A stretch of 63,024 nucleotides of DNA, filler included, from Welwitschia mirabilis (Eukaryota), in assembly GCA_051453625.1 (NCBI GenBank). It is 6 parts of one record of this genome, joined end to end, with 100 filler letters (N's around TTAATTAATTAA, not from the genome) between each part and the next. Parts side by side here need not be neighbours in the genome. Positions count along the whole stretch, not along the records: positions 1 to 12,410 come from JBOZIK010000001.1; positions 12,511 to 14,140 come from JBOZIK010000001.1; 4 more parts are not named here. One strand, given 5' to 3'. The notes under the pieces are model-generated. The model made no database searches and was not told the origin of the DNA. It was given only the letters and a program-made list of their open reading frames with translations. Each line of letters starts with the position of its first letter. Position 1 is the first letter of the stretch. Both the position numbers and the translations under genes were made by a program. Of this stretch, positions 1-12,828 are shown in pieces.

Positions 1-930
1 ATGGAGAAAGAAACTGATGAGATCATAATCATGCATAAAATATAGAAAGAAATGCTCATAAGTATTCCTCCAATGTGATCTAAAATCCATGAGTGTTTGA
101 AAATCTATAAGTGGATGAATGAAAAACCACACAATAAAACATTAGCAAAAAACAAAAAGATCACATCAAGAAAGGGGAAAGAAATGCATTAATTGATAAT
201 TTAGAAAAGAAAAATAGCCCTTATAAAGAAAAACCTATGAGTGAATATAAAAAGACAACTAGAGAGCTAATAAATAATAAAGTTTTAATTAAGACGTAGA
301 AAAAGATACTATAATGACTTTAAAAAATCCCAAATAAAATAACTAAGGAAAAACATAATGAGAAATGGACAACTAGGAACATGAAAAAGATTTTCTTACC
401 TACCTAAAATTAATCCTTAGTAAAGTTCTTTAGAAGAAATCATAAAATCACTTGATAAGAATGTATAACATAATGAAAAAATTCATAAAGTTCCACTCGA
501 ATGGGCAATGATTATGATAAGGTCAAGTATGTCTAATGTTATCAATCAATGAATGATAAGATAAAAAGCTATTAAAAATAGGACTTACAAGCTATTATCT
601 CAAAACAACACTAGAATCTAGAAAAGTAAATTGAGCATGTGGAAGTACTATAAATAAATAAAAATAAGTCTAGAAAACAAGCAATGCCTCTGATGACATC
701 AAGAACACCACTGATCTCATAGCCTCTAATTGCAATTTTGTTCTTACCATGATGAGCGGAGTGCAACCACTATCAGAGGAGTAAGGACCTATATAGCATA
801 GCCAACTGACCCCTTAGTAGAGTTCTCATAGCTACCATATCACACTGCCAAAGGCCCCTCTTGGGAATATTTGCCCTGATGTACTTATAGTAAGACATCA
901 TGAGGGTCATGTTATAAGATAGAACATGAA
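1..930 (-). mobile_element. 3' internal region of an Athila-like gypsy element (related to family A)
   Basis: ~310-535 aligns with ~12190-12410, which continues the region next to the family A PPT/LTR; carries the conserved 155-nt element at 748-902. Confidence 0.65.
748..902 (-). other. Conserved putative structured RNA element, copy 1
   Basis: Homologous to 14242-14396 and 29832-30014; terminal CATGATG/CATCATG complementarity and two long internal stems. Confidence 0.55.
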
Positions 931-948
931 AGAGCATGGCCTTTTATT

Positions 949-971
949 TATATATATATATATATATATAT
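949..971. repeat. (TA)n microsatellite
   Basis: Direct TA run just before an assembly gap. Confidence 0.9.
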
Positions 972-1082
972 TTATTTATTTCNNNNNNNNNNNNNNNNNN
1001 NNNNNNNNNNNNNNNNNNNNNNNNNNNNNNNNNNNNNNNNNNNNNNNNNNNNNNNNNNNNNNNNNNNNNNNNNNNNNNNNNN

Positions 1083-1473
1083 CTCGCATTCGTTGTTCTT
1101 AATGTCATCTAGACGACCAAGGGAATGATGCCCTACCATTATGTGCTACTGTCCAAGTGTTGCACATGAACTGTTTCTGTGTAGCTGTCTTTATGAGCTA
1201 TCGTCCCCTCTATCATAGGGACGACAGTGGGGACGACACTCCTCCCAAGCTCCTCAAGTAATGTAAATTGGTCTTCTTAACCTTTAGTCCTTCTTCATTA
1301 TGCTAAGTATCAGATCATGACTGAAATGCCCCCAATTATGCCAAGATTTATATGTTTTCATAATCATCTTGTCATCTCTCCATAATCAGCAGAATTACAT
1401 CTAAACCTGTATAAATGTTCTATAAAAGTACTTCAAATACACAATCAAATTCCTACAAATTGGCATCACAATA
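1083..1473 (-). repeat. Partial gypsy LTR (5' end), family A-related
   Basis: Aligns to ~7000-7379; ends ...CAAATTGGCATCACAATA like the other copies; no PPT next to it. Confidence 0.75.
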
Positions 1474-2500
1474 GTCACTCCCATTTATACTAATGTGTTG
1501 TCTTTGTAATATAACTATTTGTAATTGATAGGATTAAGTAAGACATAAAAGATTATAAAACTACACACTACAACAAAGTTTTAGCAAAAAAAAGATTACA
1601 AGATTTCTTTTTAAAAAATTAATTATAAAAGAAAATAAAATTAAATTTTAAAATTTTTTACATTTTTTAAAAAGGAATCAAAATTTCAAAAAAGTAAAAT
1701 AAATGATTTATCCCACTAAGTGTGTTAATTCTATTTCTATTAATTTTCATTATAACTTTTAATTATTTTAATATTTATAAATGATAAATGAACAAATTGA
1801 AGATGCTTAAAATTAATAATGATTTAACAAAATATGATTACTACAAATTTTTAGAAGAGATTTAGCCAAGATGATACTTTTATATCTAAAGTAGAAAACT
1901 AAGTTTCATAATAAAAGAAAAGGTTTAGGTGGTTAAATAAGATTACTTTTGTTGAAATGATTAATTTAAGATTAAAATATAATTTATAATGGTTAAATTA
2001 ATTTTAAAAAATAAGTAGTTTATAAAGAAAATGATAAATAAAAATAATGATGAAAAATCATTAAAAATAAATGAAAACCATAGAAAAGGGCTAAACTAAT
2101 AAAATGTTCTTTTAATAATTCGATTTCTTACAAAATATGATTATAGGCTTTTTATACTTTAATGGATTCTTATAGACTCTTTAGAAACTCAATTTTATAT
2201 TTTTAATTGTCTTTTAAAATAATACTACATGATTAGGAAGTGACTAAGGATGATTATTGATGCTTTTTCTTATTTAGATTTACTTATCCTAAACTTTTAA
2301 CAATCCTTTCTAACCCATCTGAAAGGATTTTTCACATTGATATTAGGCTCCAAAATTGTAGGAAAACTAGGAACATGTGAGAAGTTTCTTTCTTATTCAT
2401 CTATTTTGGAATGATAGTTTTCAATAGACTTTGAGGTTGATAATTAATAATTCATGGTCTAATAAACAAATAAATTAATATGTTGATAAAATAACATAAT

Positions 2501-3794
2501 TGATGAAGCCTAAATTTTTTATTAAATAAGGTATTAATAGCTATAATTTTGCATTACTTTTTAACTATAATATTGCTAATATGCAACTAAATAGTTGCAT
2601 CTAGCATGTGATTTGAATTGTGTTTTTAGGTCTTTTTTATGGGTTTAATGCTCAAATTTATCACTTTTGGTATCAATGATTAAAGATAAAGAATTAAGCA
2701 TAATTTAAATAAAAATTAATTAATTAAAAGTATTTGAGAAAGTACTAGTAAATGAAAAAAATTATATTTTACCTATCACTAGACATAAAGCATTAGAGGA
2801 TGAAGTATTTAAGGAGATGATTATCTATTAGTAGCTTCCACTTACCACTAGATTCTAAGAAGCCCACATGGTATTTGGATGAGGGATGAAAATGAATACA
2901 TACTAGATTTGACTATCACTAGATTTCAAGAAGCACAACTAGCAATAACTAACAACTAATTAGTTTTATCTATTACTTAAACATAACCTTCCCTTTTTTA
3001 TTAGAAATTCTAAAAACCCATCTATCATGAATAATTATTACATTTGTTATTAAATTTATATTATAACCAATCACCTACCACTTACATACTTCTCATCAAC
3101 CCCTCTTCTATTACTCTCCTATCATCTATTGAAACCCATAAAATCCCTTTAGACATTTCATTTTCTTATACCATTCTTGATAATAAAGTATGTTATGATA
3201 GGAGAACCTTAACTGACGGGATCAATCTACTTGTAAAAGACATATTCTTAGTGTTAAATTATATATCCTTTATTAAGGAACTACTATTTATAAGAGAATG
3301 TAAGAAAGCGCATTTTTAAAAGGTTAATAAAGTTCTATTTATTTTTCTCAAACTATCACTAATTCTTTACACTTTATTTTGATGTTAACTTATACTCTTA
3401 TAGATTAAATCTGATTTTGATATAGATTATGAGTGCCAACTTGGGTGACAACAAGTTGATACATTTGATGATAAAACTGCATTTAGGAAAGCATATTTTT
3501 ATTCCACTAAATTCATAATTCCATTGCATTCACCATCTTACATTACAGTTGTATTCATCATTTGCATTATTTATTTTCATTTCTAAAATATCAAAAGCAT
3601 AAGTTCTTTTTTTATCTTCTCTCTTTTGTTTCTAAATAATTAGATCTTCTTCAACTCATTTTCTTCTTTAAATTTATGAATCTAGATTGACTTACTATAT
3701 ATCCTACATATTTGCTTACCATTACTTAAGAATGTTTTAAGATCTCATTTGTAGATTAGATAATCAAAACACATAGCATAACATTTTAACATCA
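2501..3794 (+). repeat. Degenerate LTR (solo-like) of the Athila-like group
   Basis: TGATG...CATCA termini; internal GATAGGAG...TATCCTTTATTAAGG block resembles LTRs at 15880-15980 and 57530-57630; no clear TSD. Confidence 0.55.
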
Positions 3795-3938
3795 TTGTTA
3801 GAAAGGCACTCAAGATTGCTTGGAACAAAGTGGATCTTTGAAAGATCAAGTTATATATTAAAAGCAAGGTGATAATTTGTTTTAAATGTGTTACTTTCTT
3901 TTGTTATTAAGTTTTGAGTTTATAAGTTTTTTAATTAC

Positions 3939-4020
3939 TAATGAAGCCTAAATTTTTGATAAAATAAGATATTAATAATTATTACTTTGCATTACTTTTC
4001 AAACTATAATACTATGCTTA
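3939..4020 (+). repeat. Truncated second copy of the 2501 LTR start
   Basis: TAATGAAGCCTAAATTTTT...GCATTACTTTT repeats 2501-2580. Confidence 0.7.
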
Positions 4021-6021
4021 GAGATATTTGTGTACTTTTTAGATGACAGGAATCTTAAATACTTAATGAGATGACAATGATTTATTATAATTAAGTTTGA
4101 GAAAATTTGTGATGATTATAATCATGAGGTCAAAATTAAGGGTGACAATGTAGATAATGGAGAACTCCTTTAGCATATTAACTCTTTAGATGTTTCATAT
4201 TTTATTTCACCTTATCATAACTTATCAACTTATTAATGCAAGAATTCTGACTTTCTTTAACATTGGATGCATGACATTGGATGATATGAAAGCCTTTTAG
4301 AACATTAGCTCATTAGAAATTCACATTTTGGGAGCTATAATTTATACATTTCTAGTCATTTTAAGTCAAATTTAATGTTTTCATGTAATATTAGTCCTAA
4401 TAGATAAAATTGATTTGTTTTACATTTTGAAAGTTAAGGTAGTTATCTTTTATACTACATATGATACTAAAACACCATTTCCATAAGTAAGTTAGCATTG
4501 TAACATCATTAAATAGTTTTACCTAATTAAGTATAAATCACATGTGAAAATTTGATGGTTATGGCAACTCCTTAGCCTAAAACTAATGTAAGTGCACTCA
4601 TAAAGATCCCCCTAAATGCCCAAATTCATATAACAACTTTAATATAAAACATTTATATCATTTTAATACTTTCAAGTTGAACTTAAGCCACTCTCAAGCA
4701 TTGGAAGGTGGTTTTTTAGTCTGTTTCTCTCATATTTATTCAACTTTAAGTTAATATTTTCTCTATGTTAGCTTTGGAAGCCTTCTACAATCTTCATTCT
4801 CATATTCTACTATCATACACATATATTTTTAGCTTCTACATCCTCTTACATTTCATTTTCCATTACCATTTCCTCATTTTCATCTATCCAAAGGGCATTA
4901 CATAGGTGGTGAAGTGCATGTGAATGGGTGATGCAAGAAGACGGAAGAATCAAATCTTGTAAGAAATTAGATTGAGGACTAATGAAAAGGGCTATGATTT
5001 CATATAAAACCAATAATTGTTCTTTTTTATTTATATTTTTAAACTTCTATTTACTGGATTTATGCATTTTTATCATGCTTTTCTTTCAATTTGATTAGAA
5101 TTCTTATAGCATATTGTATATTTAGTACTAATTCGATCATTATACATTTAGTACCTATGATGGCATATTATAATTTTATATATATGTTTAATATATATCA
5201 AAGAAACTATGTGTTTTATTCTTTTTCTTTCTTCTTTCCTCCATTCTTCACATTACTTCTAATGCACTTAATAATGATTTTACTTTTCTTCTCAAATAAA
5301 TGATAATAAATTTCTATTTTCTCATTTCTAATAGTAGTAGTTTGATTTTTATATATGTTATTTATAATTATCATAGATCAAAATTATCTTTTTTTAATTG
5401 ATTATTCTCTCTTCTTTCTCCTCTTATTAAAATCAAAGTGGTCTAGTAAATTTTAGTGCTTTTTTGTTTTAACTATAACTCTTTTTCTATACCTCTAATG
5501 GTTCTTCACTTTCATCAATAGATTTCTTTCATATTTAGAACATTCCATTCTCAATTAGTTGGAATTAAAATTTGGCCTCTAAAACCCCTTTTTCAACCAT
5601 TTATAGGTAAAGTGGCAATTTTACTTGGAAAACATTTTGAACTATGAAATCCTAATTTCTTGTTTTTTACATAGCACATTTCTCTATTACTATTAATGTG
5701 TTTTAATGAATTAAATATGATATCTTGTAGTAGGTTTTAAGTACTTTCCAAAAATAAAATACAGTTTTCTCAAGTTTTATTATTTTCTTAATATTTTTGA
5801 TCAAAATATGGTTAATTTTTATAATTTTTTTTAGATGAATTATTTCTATTAGTTCTAATCGATTTCTACTTAACTCAGAACGTTCAGTTATAGGAACTTA
5901 TTTTAGGATATAATCTAAGTATTTTAAAGGTTCTAAGTATTTTTAATTTTCTTCTTCTAAATTTTCTTATTTCCTTTTCTTTCTCTTCTTCATGTGATAT
6001 CTTTCTATCAGTGAAAATAGC

Positions 6022-7379
6022 TATTGCAGTGTGAATTTATGCAATCTAGAAGTCCTTGAAGTAAACTTATAAATCATATAAATTGTAGAAAACACATACT
6101 AGTATAGATGTCAGTTCACCCAAATATTGTAATCCAATGAAGGAACTTGGCTTAGAGTTAAAGAATTGATTTCCCAAGTATTTTTAGTCTTTTGTCTTTA
6201 TAAAAACTAAAAGAAAATAAATAAGTAAATGCAATGCTAAATAGATATGAAAAACAAGTGAATAGAAATGGAAATGGAAATGGATCCTACTTAGATCCTA
6301 GTCTTTCTGTCACAAAGATTACTTTCTCTATAACTTATATCAATTAAGAAGAGTATTCACTAGTTCTTAATCAACATAAACTACGATATTTAACTAAGTA
6401 AGAAAATGCAGTGTGCAATATGAAGGAAATGAAAATGCAATTCAAATCTAGTACTACTAGCCAAGGTTAATCTTAACAAAGGTTTTCCTTATGATCTAAA
6501 TAAATCATAGATCTATCATATAACTATGACTAAGTTAAACCATAAGGGATATCATAATATTTCAATGAAAGAAGAATTTGTATTAATTCAAGAGTATTTA
6601 GAATATCATTCACGTATAATTAGAACAATAGCACCTCAATGAAAGCGACACAGCCTGATACCAAGGAGACTCCTTTCTGCAATACAAAATGGACTTCTTG
6701 CTTTTTAATCCTCTATTACAAGTATCAGGTACAAAAGATGGAGTAAAAATGAAGGAGGTAAAGAGTATATATAGTTTTTCATTTTGAGGAATTGGAGGCA
6801 AAACCCTAAAGGTGGAAAACAGAAACCCTAACAACCCACATGGATTGTTTGACTCCATTTACAATGATATTTAATTCAGACATGTAAAAATAGTTATCGT
6901 CCTGGCTATTCTCCACATGACAATGAGGATGCTGCCACTTAATCCCTTAGATTATGTGCCCATATCATGCTGTTAGTCTCATGAGTTATCCATGCATGTC
7001 ACTAATGCTATCATCCTGGCTGTCATCTGGATGACTAAGTGGATGATGCCCTACCACCATGTGTTGCTATTGGTACTGTAGGCTCTATCCACATTAGTAG
7101 TGTGGTCATTCAGGATGTTGTGGGAATGACTGTGGGGACAAAAGTCTTCCTTTGCTCCTTTCTCCAGGTAAGTTAGTCTTTTACATCATGAAGTCCTTTC
7201 TCCAAATTTGCAGTATTAGAATAAGCCCGAGAAACTACCAAAAACGCTAAGCATTACATGTTTTGCTGATCATCCTATCAGATCTTCATAGTCATAAGTA
7301 TTTTATCAAAACTTGTATGAATGTCCTACAAAAGTACTCAAAATATACCATTAAATTTCCACAAATTGTCATTACAACA
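6022..7379 (-). repeat. Complete 3' LTR, Athila-like family A (~1.36 kb)
   Basis: Minus strand TGTTGTAATG...CACTGCAATA (decayed CA end); PPT adjacent; homologues at 8477-9567, 10564-10981 and 17089-18276. Confidence 0.85.
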
Positions 7380-7396
7380 TAGCCTCCTACTTAGCC
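7380..7396 (-). promoter_or_regulatory. Polypurine tract
   Basis: GGCTAAGTAGGAGGCTA directly before the LTR TG; same motif at 9568, 10982, 15290 and 57043. Confidence 0.8.
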
Positions 7397-10300
7397 TTGT
7401 CAGTCCTTGACAAAGTAAGTGATCAACTAGATTATGAGCTAATTTGTCTAAGATAAAAAGATTAGTGCTTAGAAGGATTTGAATTAGGTTTATAGAAAAA
7501 TGATATCATCAACAAGTAATTAATATAAGCTCTAAAAAAAAATTCCTAAGCCCCCTAATTAAGCAAGTCACTACAGAATAAAAGAATGTGATACACACAT
7601 AGGAATCATAAAAAGGTAACTTAATGGCTCATAAAAATGAAGTTGTATATGCATATTATAGAATAATGACAATGGACTAACATGACAGCTCAAAAAGTAC
7701 TATTTCTAAAATATGATGTCTTGAAATTCATTAGTATTATTGAAAAGGCAAGGAACAAAAGTAAATAAAGCACAATTCAGATGATCAGAAAACATGACTA
7801 TAGAAAAACATGTGAAAGTGCTATTAGATTTTGCATGATAAATTGCATAAATTCTTTAAATAATTTATTTGAATAGCATAAAAAACTCATCCAAATAACC
7901 CAGCATAAAATTAGATCATAAGAGCTTAGAAATTGAAAATTTTGTGCTAATAAAAATAGATTAAAGCCCAAAAAGGTGTCCTATTCCCCTTCCCCCACCC
8001 CCTCCCCCCCTTCCCCCATTTCCACCATAATAAAAAGAGAGTATCATCCCCTCTATCATGGAGATGATAGATGTGGATGATAGACATTAAAACAGCTAGT
8101 TTAGAGAGGAAGGTGAAGCCAGAAAATGATAGAAACCAAAAAACATAGAAAATTAATATAAAGAAAGATAGAAACCTAAGAAAAAGTGAAAAATCAGCCT
8201 GAAAAGTAAATGCATGATGGAGAAGGGAAAGGATATAGTAGAGGAAAATGCACCAAGGGGAAGAAGTACTACTTAAAAATGCTTCAATTGTGCCTGAATG
8301 TATGGAACGCTAGAACTCATCAGATCAAGAAAACCTATTAGAAAATAATAATCCTCCAGCAAACATAATAAGAACTNNNNNNNNNNNNNNNNNNNNNNNN
8401 NNNNNNNNNNNNNNNNNNNNNNNNNNNNNNNNNNNNNNNNNNNNNNNNNNNNNNNNNNNNNNNNNNNNNNNNNNNNATAAAATATGAAGTGTACATGAAG
8501 GAGGAAAAGGGTATTTATAGTTTTTCACTTGAGGAATTGGAGGCAAAACTCTAAAGGTGGGAAACAAAAATCCTAATAATTCACATGGGTTTTTTTATCC
8601 CATTTACAATGATATTTATTGCAAACATGTAAAAATAGTTCTCATCCCGGTTATCATCCACATGAAAAAGAGGACGACGCCACCTAATCCCTTGGGTATT
8701 TTACCTNNNNNNNNNNNNNNNNNNNNNNNNNNNNNNNNNNNNNNNNNNNNNNNNNNNNNNNNNNNNNNNNNNNNNNNNNNNNNNNNNNNNNNNNNNNNNN
8801 NNNNNNNNNNNNNNNNNNNNNNNNNNNNNNNNNNNNNNNNNNNNNNNNNNNNNNNNNNNNNNNNNNNNNNNNNNNNNNNNNNNNNNNNNNNNNNNNNNNN
8901 NNNNNNNNNNNNNNNNNNNNNNNNNNNNNNNNNNNNNNNNNNNNNNNNNNNNNNNNNNNNNNNNNNNNNNNNNNNNNNNNNNNNNNNNNNNNNNNNNNNN
9001 NNNNNNNNNNNNNNNNNNNNNNNNNNNNNNNNNNNNNNNNNNNNNNNNATGAAATTTATTACTGTAGTGTAAAAATAGTTGTCTTCCTATCTGTCGTCCA
9101 CACGACAGAGGGGACAACACCATATTAACAGCTTTGGATCATGTGCCATGTGTAGCTATTGGTCATGTGAGTTGCCTATGCATATTATCGATGTTGTTAT
9201 CTTGTATGTCATTCAGACGAACATGCAGATGATGCCCTATCATCATGTGCTACTGTTAGTGCTATAGACTTCTATCCACGTTAGTAGTTTGGGCATCTTA
9301 GGTGTCATGGGGATGATAGAGGGGACGATGTCCTTATTTTACTCTTTTTCTCCAAGGTAAATTAGTCTTTGCATTGTAAAGTTCTTCCTTCAATCCTTTA
9401 ATATCAGAATAAGACTAAAAAACTACCAATAATACTAGATATCACATGTTTTACTAATCATCATATCAAATTTTCATAGTCATCAGTATTGCATTAAAAC
9501 CTATATTAATGTCCTACAAAAGTACTTAAAATACACCATCAAATTCCCACAAATTGACATTGCAACATAGCCATCTACTTAGCCTTATTAATGCCTAACA
9601 AAGCAAGTAATCAACTAGATTGTGAGTCAATTTATCTAAGATTAAAAAAATAGTTCTTAGAAGGATGTAAATTGAGTTCATAAAAAAAATGATATCATTA
9701 ACAGGTAATTAATACAAGTGCTGAAAAAATTTCCTAATCCACCTACTTAAGCATGTCACTACAGAATGAAATAATGTAATACACATATAGGAATCATAAA
9801 AACGTAATTTGATAACTCATAAAAATAAAGTTATATGTGCATATTATAGAACAATAACAATGGACTATTATGATAGCTTAAGTAATGCTATTTCTGAAAT
9901 ATGATGTCTTGAAATTCATTAGTATCATCAAAAATACAAGGAACAAAAGTAAATATAGCATAATTTAGATGATCGGAAAACATGGCTATAGAAAAACATG
10001 TAAAAGTGCTATTGGATCATGCATGATAAGGTGCATGAATGATCCAAAGAATTTATTCAAATAGCATGAAAACTCATCCAAAAAACCCAGCATAAAATTA
10101 GATCATGAAAAATTAAAAATTAAAAATTTTATACTGATAAAAATAGATTTATACCTAGAAAGATGTCCTACCCCTTTCCCCCCTCCCATTCCATCTCATA
10201 GGAGAAGTAAGACGTCCCAGATTGCACCATAAATAAAAAAGGGAGTGTCATCCCCTCTATCGTGAGGATGATAGATGTGAATAATAAACATCAAAACAGC

Positions 10301-12410
10301 TAGTCTAGAGAGGAAGGCAAAGCCAAAAAATGTCAAAAAATTAGAAAACATAGAAAATCAATAGATAGAAGATAGTAACCTGAGAAAAAGCAAAAAATCA
10401 ACCTAAAAAGTGAATGCATGATGGATAAGAAAAAGGTGATAGTAGAGGAAAATAAACCAAGAGNNNNNNNNNNNNNNNNNNNNNNNNNNNNNNNNNNNNN
10501 NNNNNNNNNNNNNNNNNNNNNNNNNNNNNNNNNNNNNNNNNNNNNNNNNNNNNNNNNNNNNNNATGTTACCCATGTAATACCATCAGCCCTGTGAGTTGT
10601 CCATGCATGTTACTAATGCCATCATCCTTTCTGTCATCCAGATGACTCAAGGAAAGGTGCCCTGCCATCATGTACTCAATGTATTGCTATTGGTACTACA
10701 AGCTCTATTCGTGTAATTAGTGTGGTCGTCCTTTATGTCATGAGGATGACTATGAGGACAATAGTCTTTCTTTGCTCCACTCTCTAAGGTAAGTTAGTCT
10801 TTTGCATCGTAAATTCTTTCTCTCAAATATGCAATATCAGAACCAGCTCGAAAAACTATAAAAAATGCTAAGTATCCTATCAGATCTTCATAGTCATCAG
10901 TATTTCGTCAAAACCTATATTAATGTCTAGTAAAAGTATTCAAAATACACCATCAAATTCCCACAAATTGGCATTGCAACATAGCCCCCTACTTAGCCTT
11001 GTTAGTCACTAATAAAGCAAGAGATTAACTAGACTATGAGCCAATTTTTCTAAGATAAAAATAGTTATTAAAAGAATGTAAATTGAGTTTATAAAAAAAT
11101 GATATCATTAACAGGTAATTAATACAAGTGCTAAAACATGTTACTATAAAATGAATGAATGCAATATACATATAGGAATCATAAAAAAGTGACTTGATGA
11201 CTTAAAAAAAATGAAATTGTATATGCATATTATAGAATAATAATAATGGATTATCATGATAGCTTAAGTAGTTCTATTTCTAGAACATGATGTATTGAAA
11301 TTCATTAGTATCATCACAAGAATAAGGAACAAAAGTAAATATAGCATAATTTAGATGATCTAAAAACTTTGCCATGGAAAAACATGTGAAAGTGCTGTTG
11401 GATCCTACAAAATAGAGTTTATGAATTCTCCAAAGAATTTATTTAAATATCATAAAAAGCTCCTCTAAATAAACCATTATAAAATTAGATTATGAAATCT
11501 TAGAAATTGAAAATTTTATGCTGATAAAAATAGATTAATGCCCAGAAATATGTCCTATCCCCTAATAGAAGAAGTAAGACATCCTAGATTGCACCATAAA
11601 TAAAAAAGGGAGTGTCATCTCTTCTATCATGGGGATAATAGATGTGAATGACAAAGATTAAAATAGCTAGTATGAAGAGGAAGGTGAAGCCAGAAAATAT
11701 TAGAAAACCAAAAAACTTAGAAACTAAATAAAAGAAGATAGCAACCTGAGAAATAGTGAGGAATCATCCTAAAAAGTGAATGTATGATGGAGAAGGGAAG
11801 GGTAATGGTATAGGAAGATGCATCAAAAAGGAAGAAGTACTACTCAAAGATTCCTTAGTTATGCTTGAATGCATGNNNNNNNNNNNNNNNNNNNNNNNNN
11901 NNNNNNNNNNNNNNNNNNNNNNNNNNNNNNNNNNNNNNNNNNNNNNNNNNNNNNNNNNNNNNNNNNNNNNNNNNNGTGAATGCATGATGGATAAGAAAAA
12001 GGTGATAGTAGAGGAAAATAAACCAAGAGGAAGAAGTACTACTCAAAGACATCTCAATTGTGTCCAAACATATAAAAATCTAGAACTCATCAAATTAAGG
12101 AAATCTATCAAAAAAGAATGATCCTCTAGCAAACATAACAAGAACTAGAAAATGATTAGGTCCATAATATGATGTTGAAAACATATGAATAAATGACTTT
12201 GAAAATCCAACAAAACAACTAAAGAAAAACAAAATTAAAAATGAATAGCTAGAAACATAAAGAAGCTTGCTTTATTACCCTAATTTCTAACTTAACAAAT
12301 TCCCTTAGTAACAATTATAAAATCAATTGATCAATGATGCATGACATAATGTAAAAATTCATAAAGTTCCACTCAAATGGGCAATGATTATAATGATGTC
12401 GAGTATGCTA
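7380..12410 (-). mobile_element. Three gap-separated family A pieces, each 3' internal region + PPT + LTR part
   Basis: 7380-8376, 9568-10463 and 10982-11875 are mutually homologous; LTR ends at 9567 and 10981. Confidence 0.8.
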
Positions 12411-12510
12411 NNNNNNNNNNNNNNNNNNNNNNNNNNNNNNNNNNNNNNNNNNNNTTAATTAATTAANNNNNNNNNNNNNNNNNNNNNNNNNNNNNNNNNN
12501 NNNNNNNNNN
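12411..12510. other. Artificial contig spacer N44-TTAATTAATTAA-N44 (also 14141-14240, 42425-42524, 46642-46741, 50262-50361)
   Basis: Identical 100-nt layout five times; the 12-mer gives stops in all six frames. Confidence 0.95.
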
Positions 12511-12807
12511 GAGGGCAGCCTTTGTCAAGGTTGAGCTTGATTAGATTAGGTGCATCGTTATTTCTTTTCATAGATTAGTTTTGCATCGCTATTTCAAATT
12601 CATGCATTGCAATTTATTTTAGTAGATTAGAGTTACATATTTCTATTTCGAAATCAACTCTTATATTTCCATACTATTGGCCTTGGACAGAATTATGACA
12701 TTCAGATCACTTTCGACTATACTAGCACACTATGTTTATGCATCTTATTTGTAACTAACAGAATTTAGATCAAGGCATGAAACATTACATAAATACGCAC
12801 TGCAATA
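12511..12807 (+). repeat. 3' part of 5' LTR, Athila-like family B
   Basis: Near-copy of 16791-17088; followed by a PBS. Confidence 0.85.
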
Positions 12808-12810
12808 AAT

Positions 12811-12828
12811 TGGTGCCATTACTGGGGA
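12811..12828 (+). promoter_or_regulatory. Primer binding site, tRNA-Asp type (decayed TGGCGCCGTTGCCGGGGA)
   Basis: TGGTGCCATTACTGGGGA 3 nt after the LTR end; typical Athila PBS. Confidence 0.8.

Noticed and set aside
748..880. Box C/D snoRNA (ATGATGA...CTGA on the plus strand)
   Set aside because: The CTGA boxes are not kept in the other two copies
1474..6021. Host gene in the AT-rich stretch (ORFs 3044-3319, 5091-5303)
   Set aside because: Short, low-complexity, TTG-start ORFs with no recognisable domain; the first lies in an LTR; the rest is unassigned decayed DNA
6652..6664. tRNA-Met PBS-like TGGTATCAGG on the minus strand
   Set aside because: Inside an LTR; the homologous LTR at ~17560 reads TGGTGTTAGG, so it is coincidental
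7981..8030. C-rich tract as a functional G-quadruplex on the element-sense strand
   Set aside because: Shortened or absent in the homologous copies at ~10165 and ~11555
12455..12466. TTAATTAATTAA as a biological palindrome
   Set aside because: Always centred in a 100-nt N block; an assembly linker
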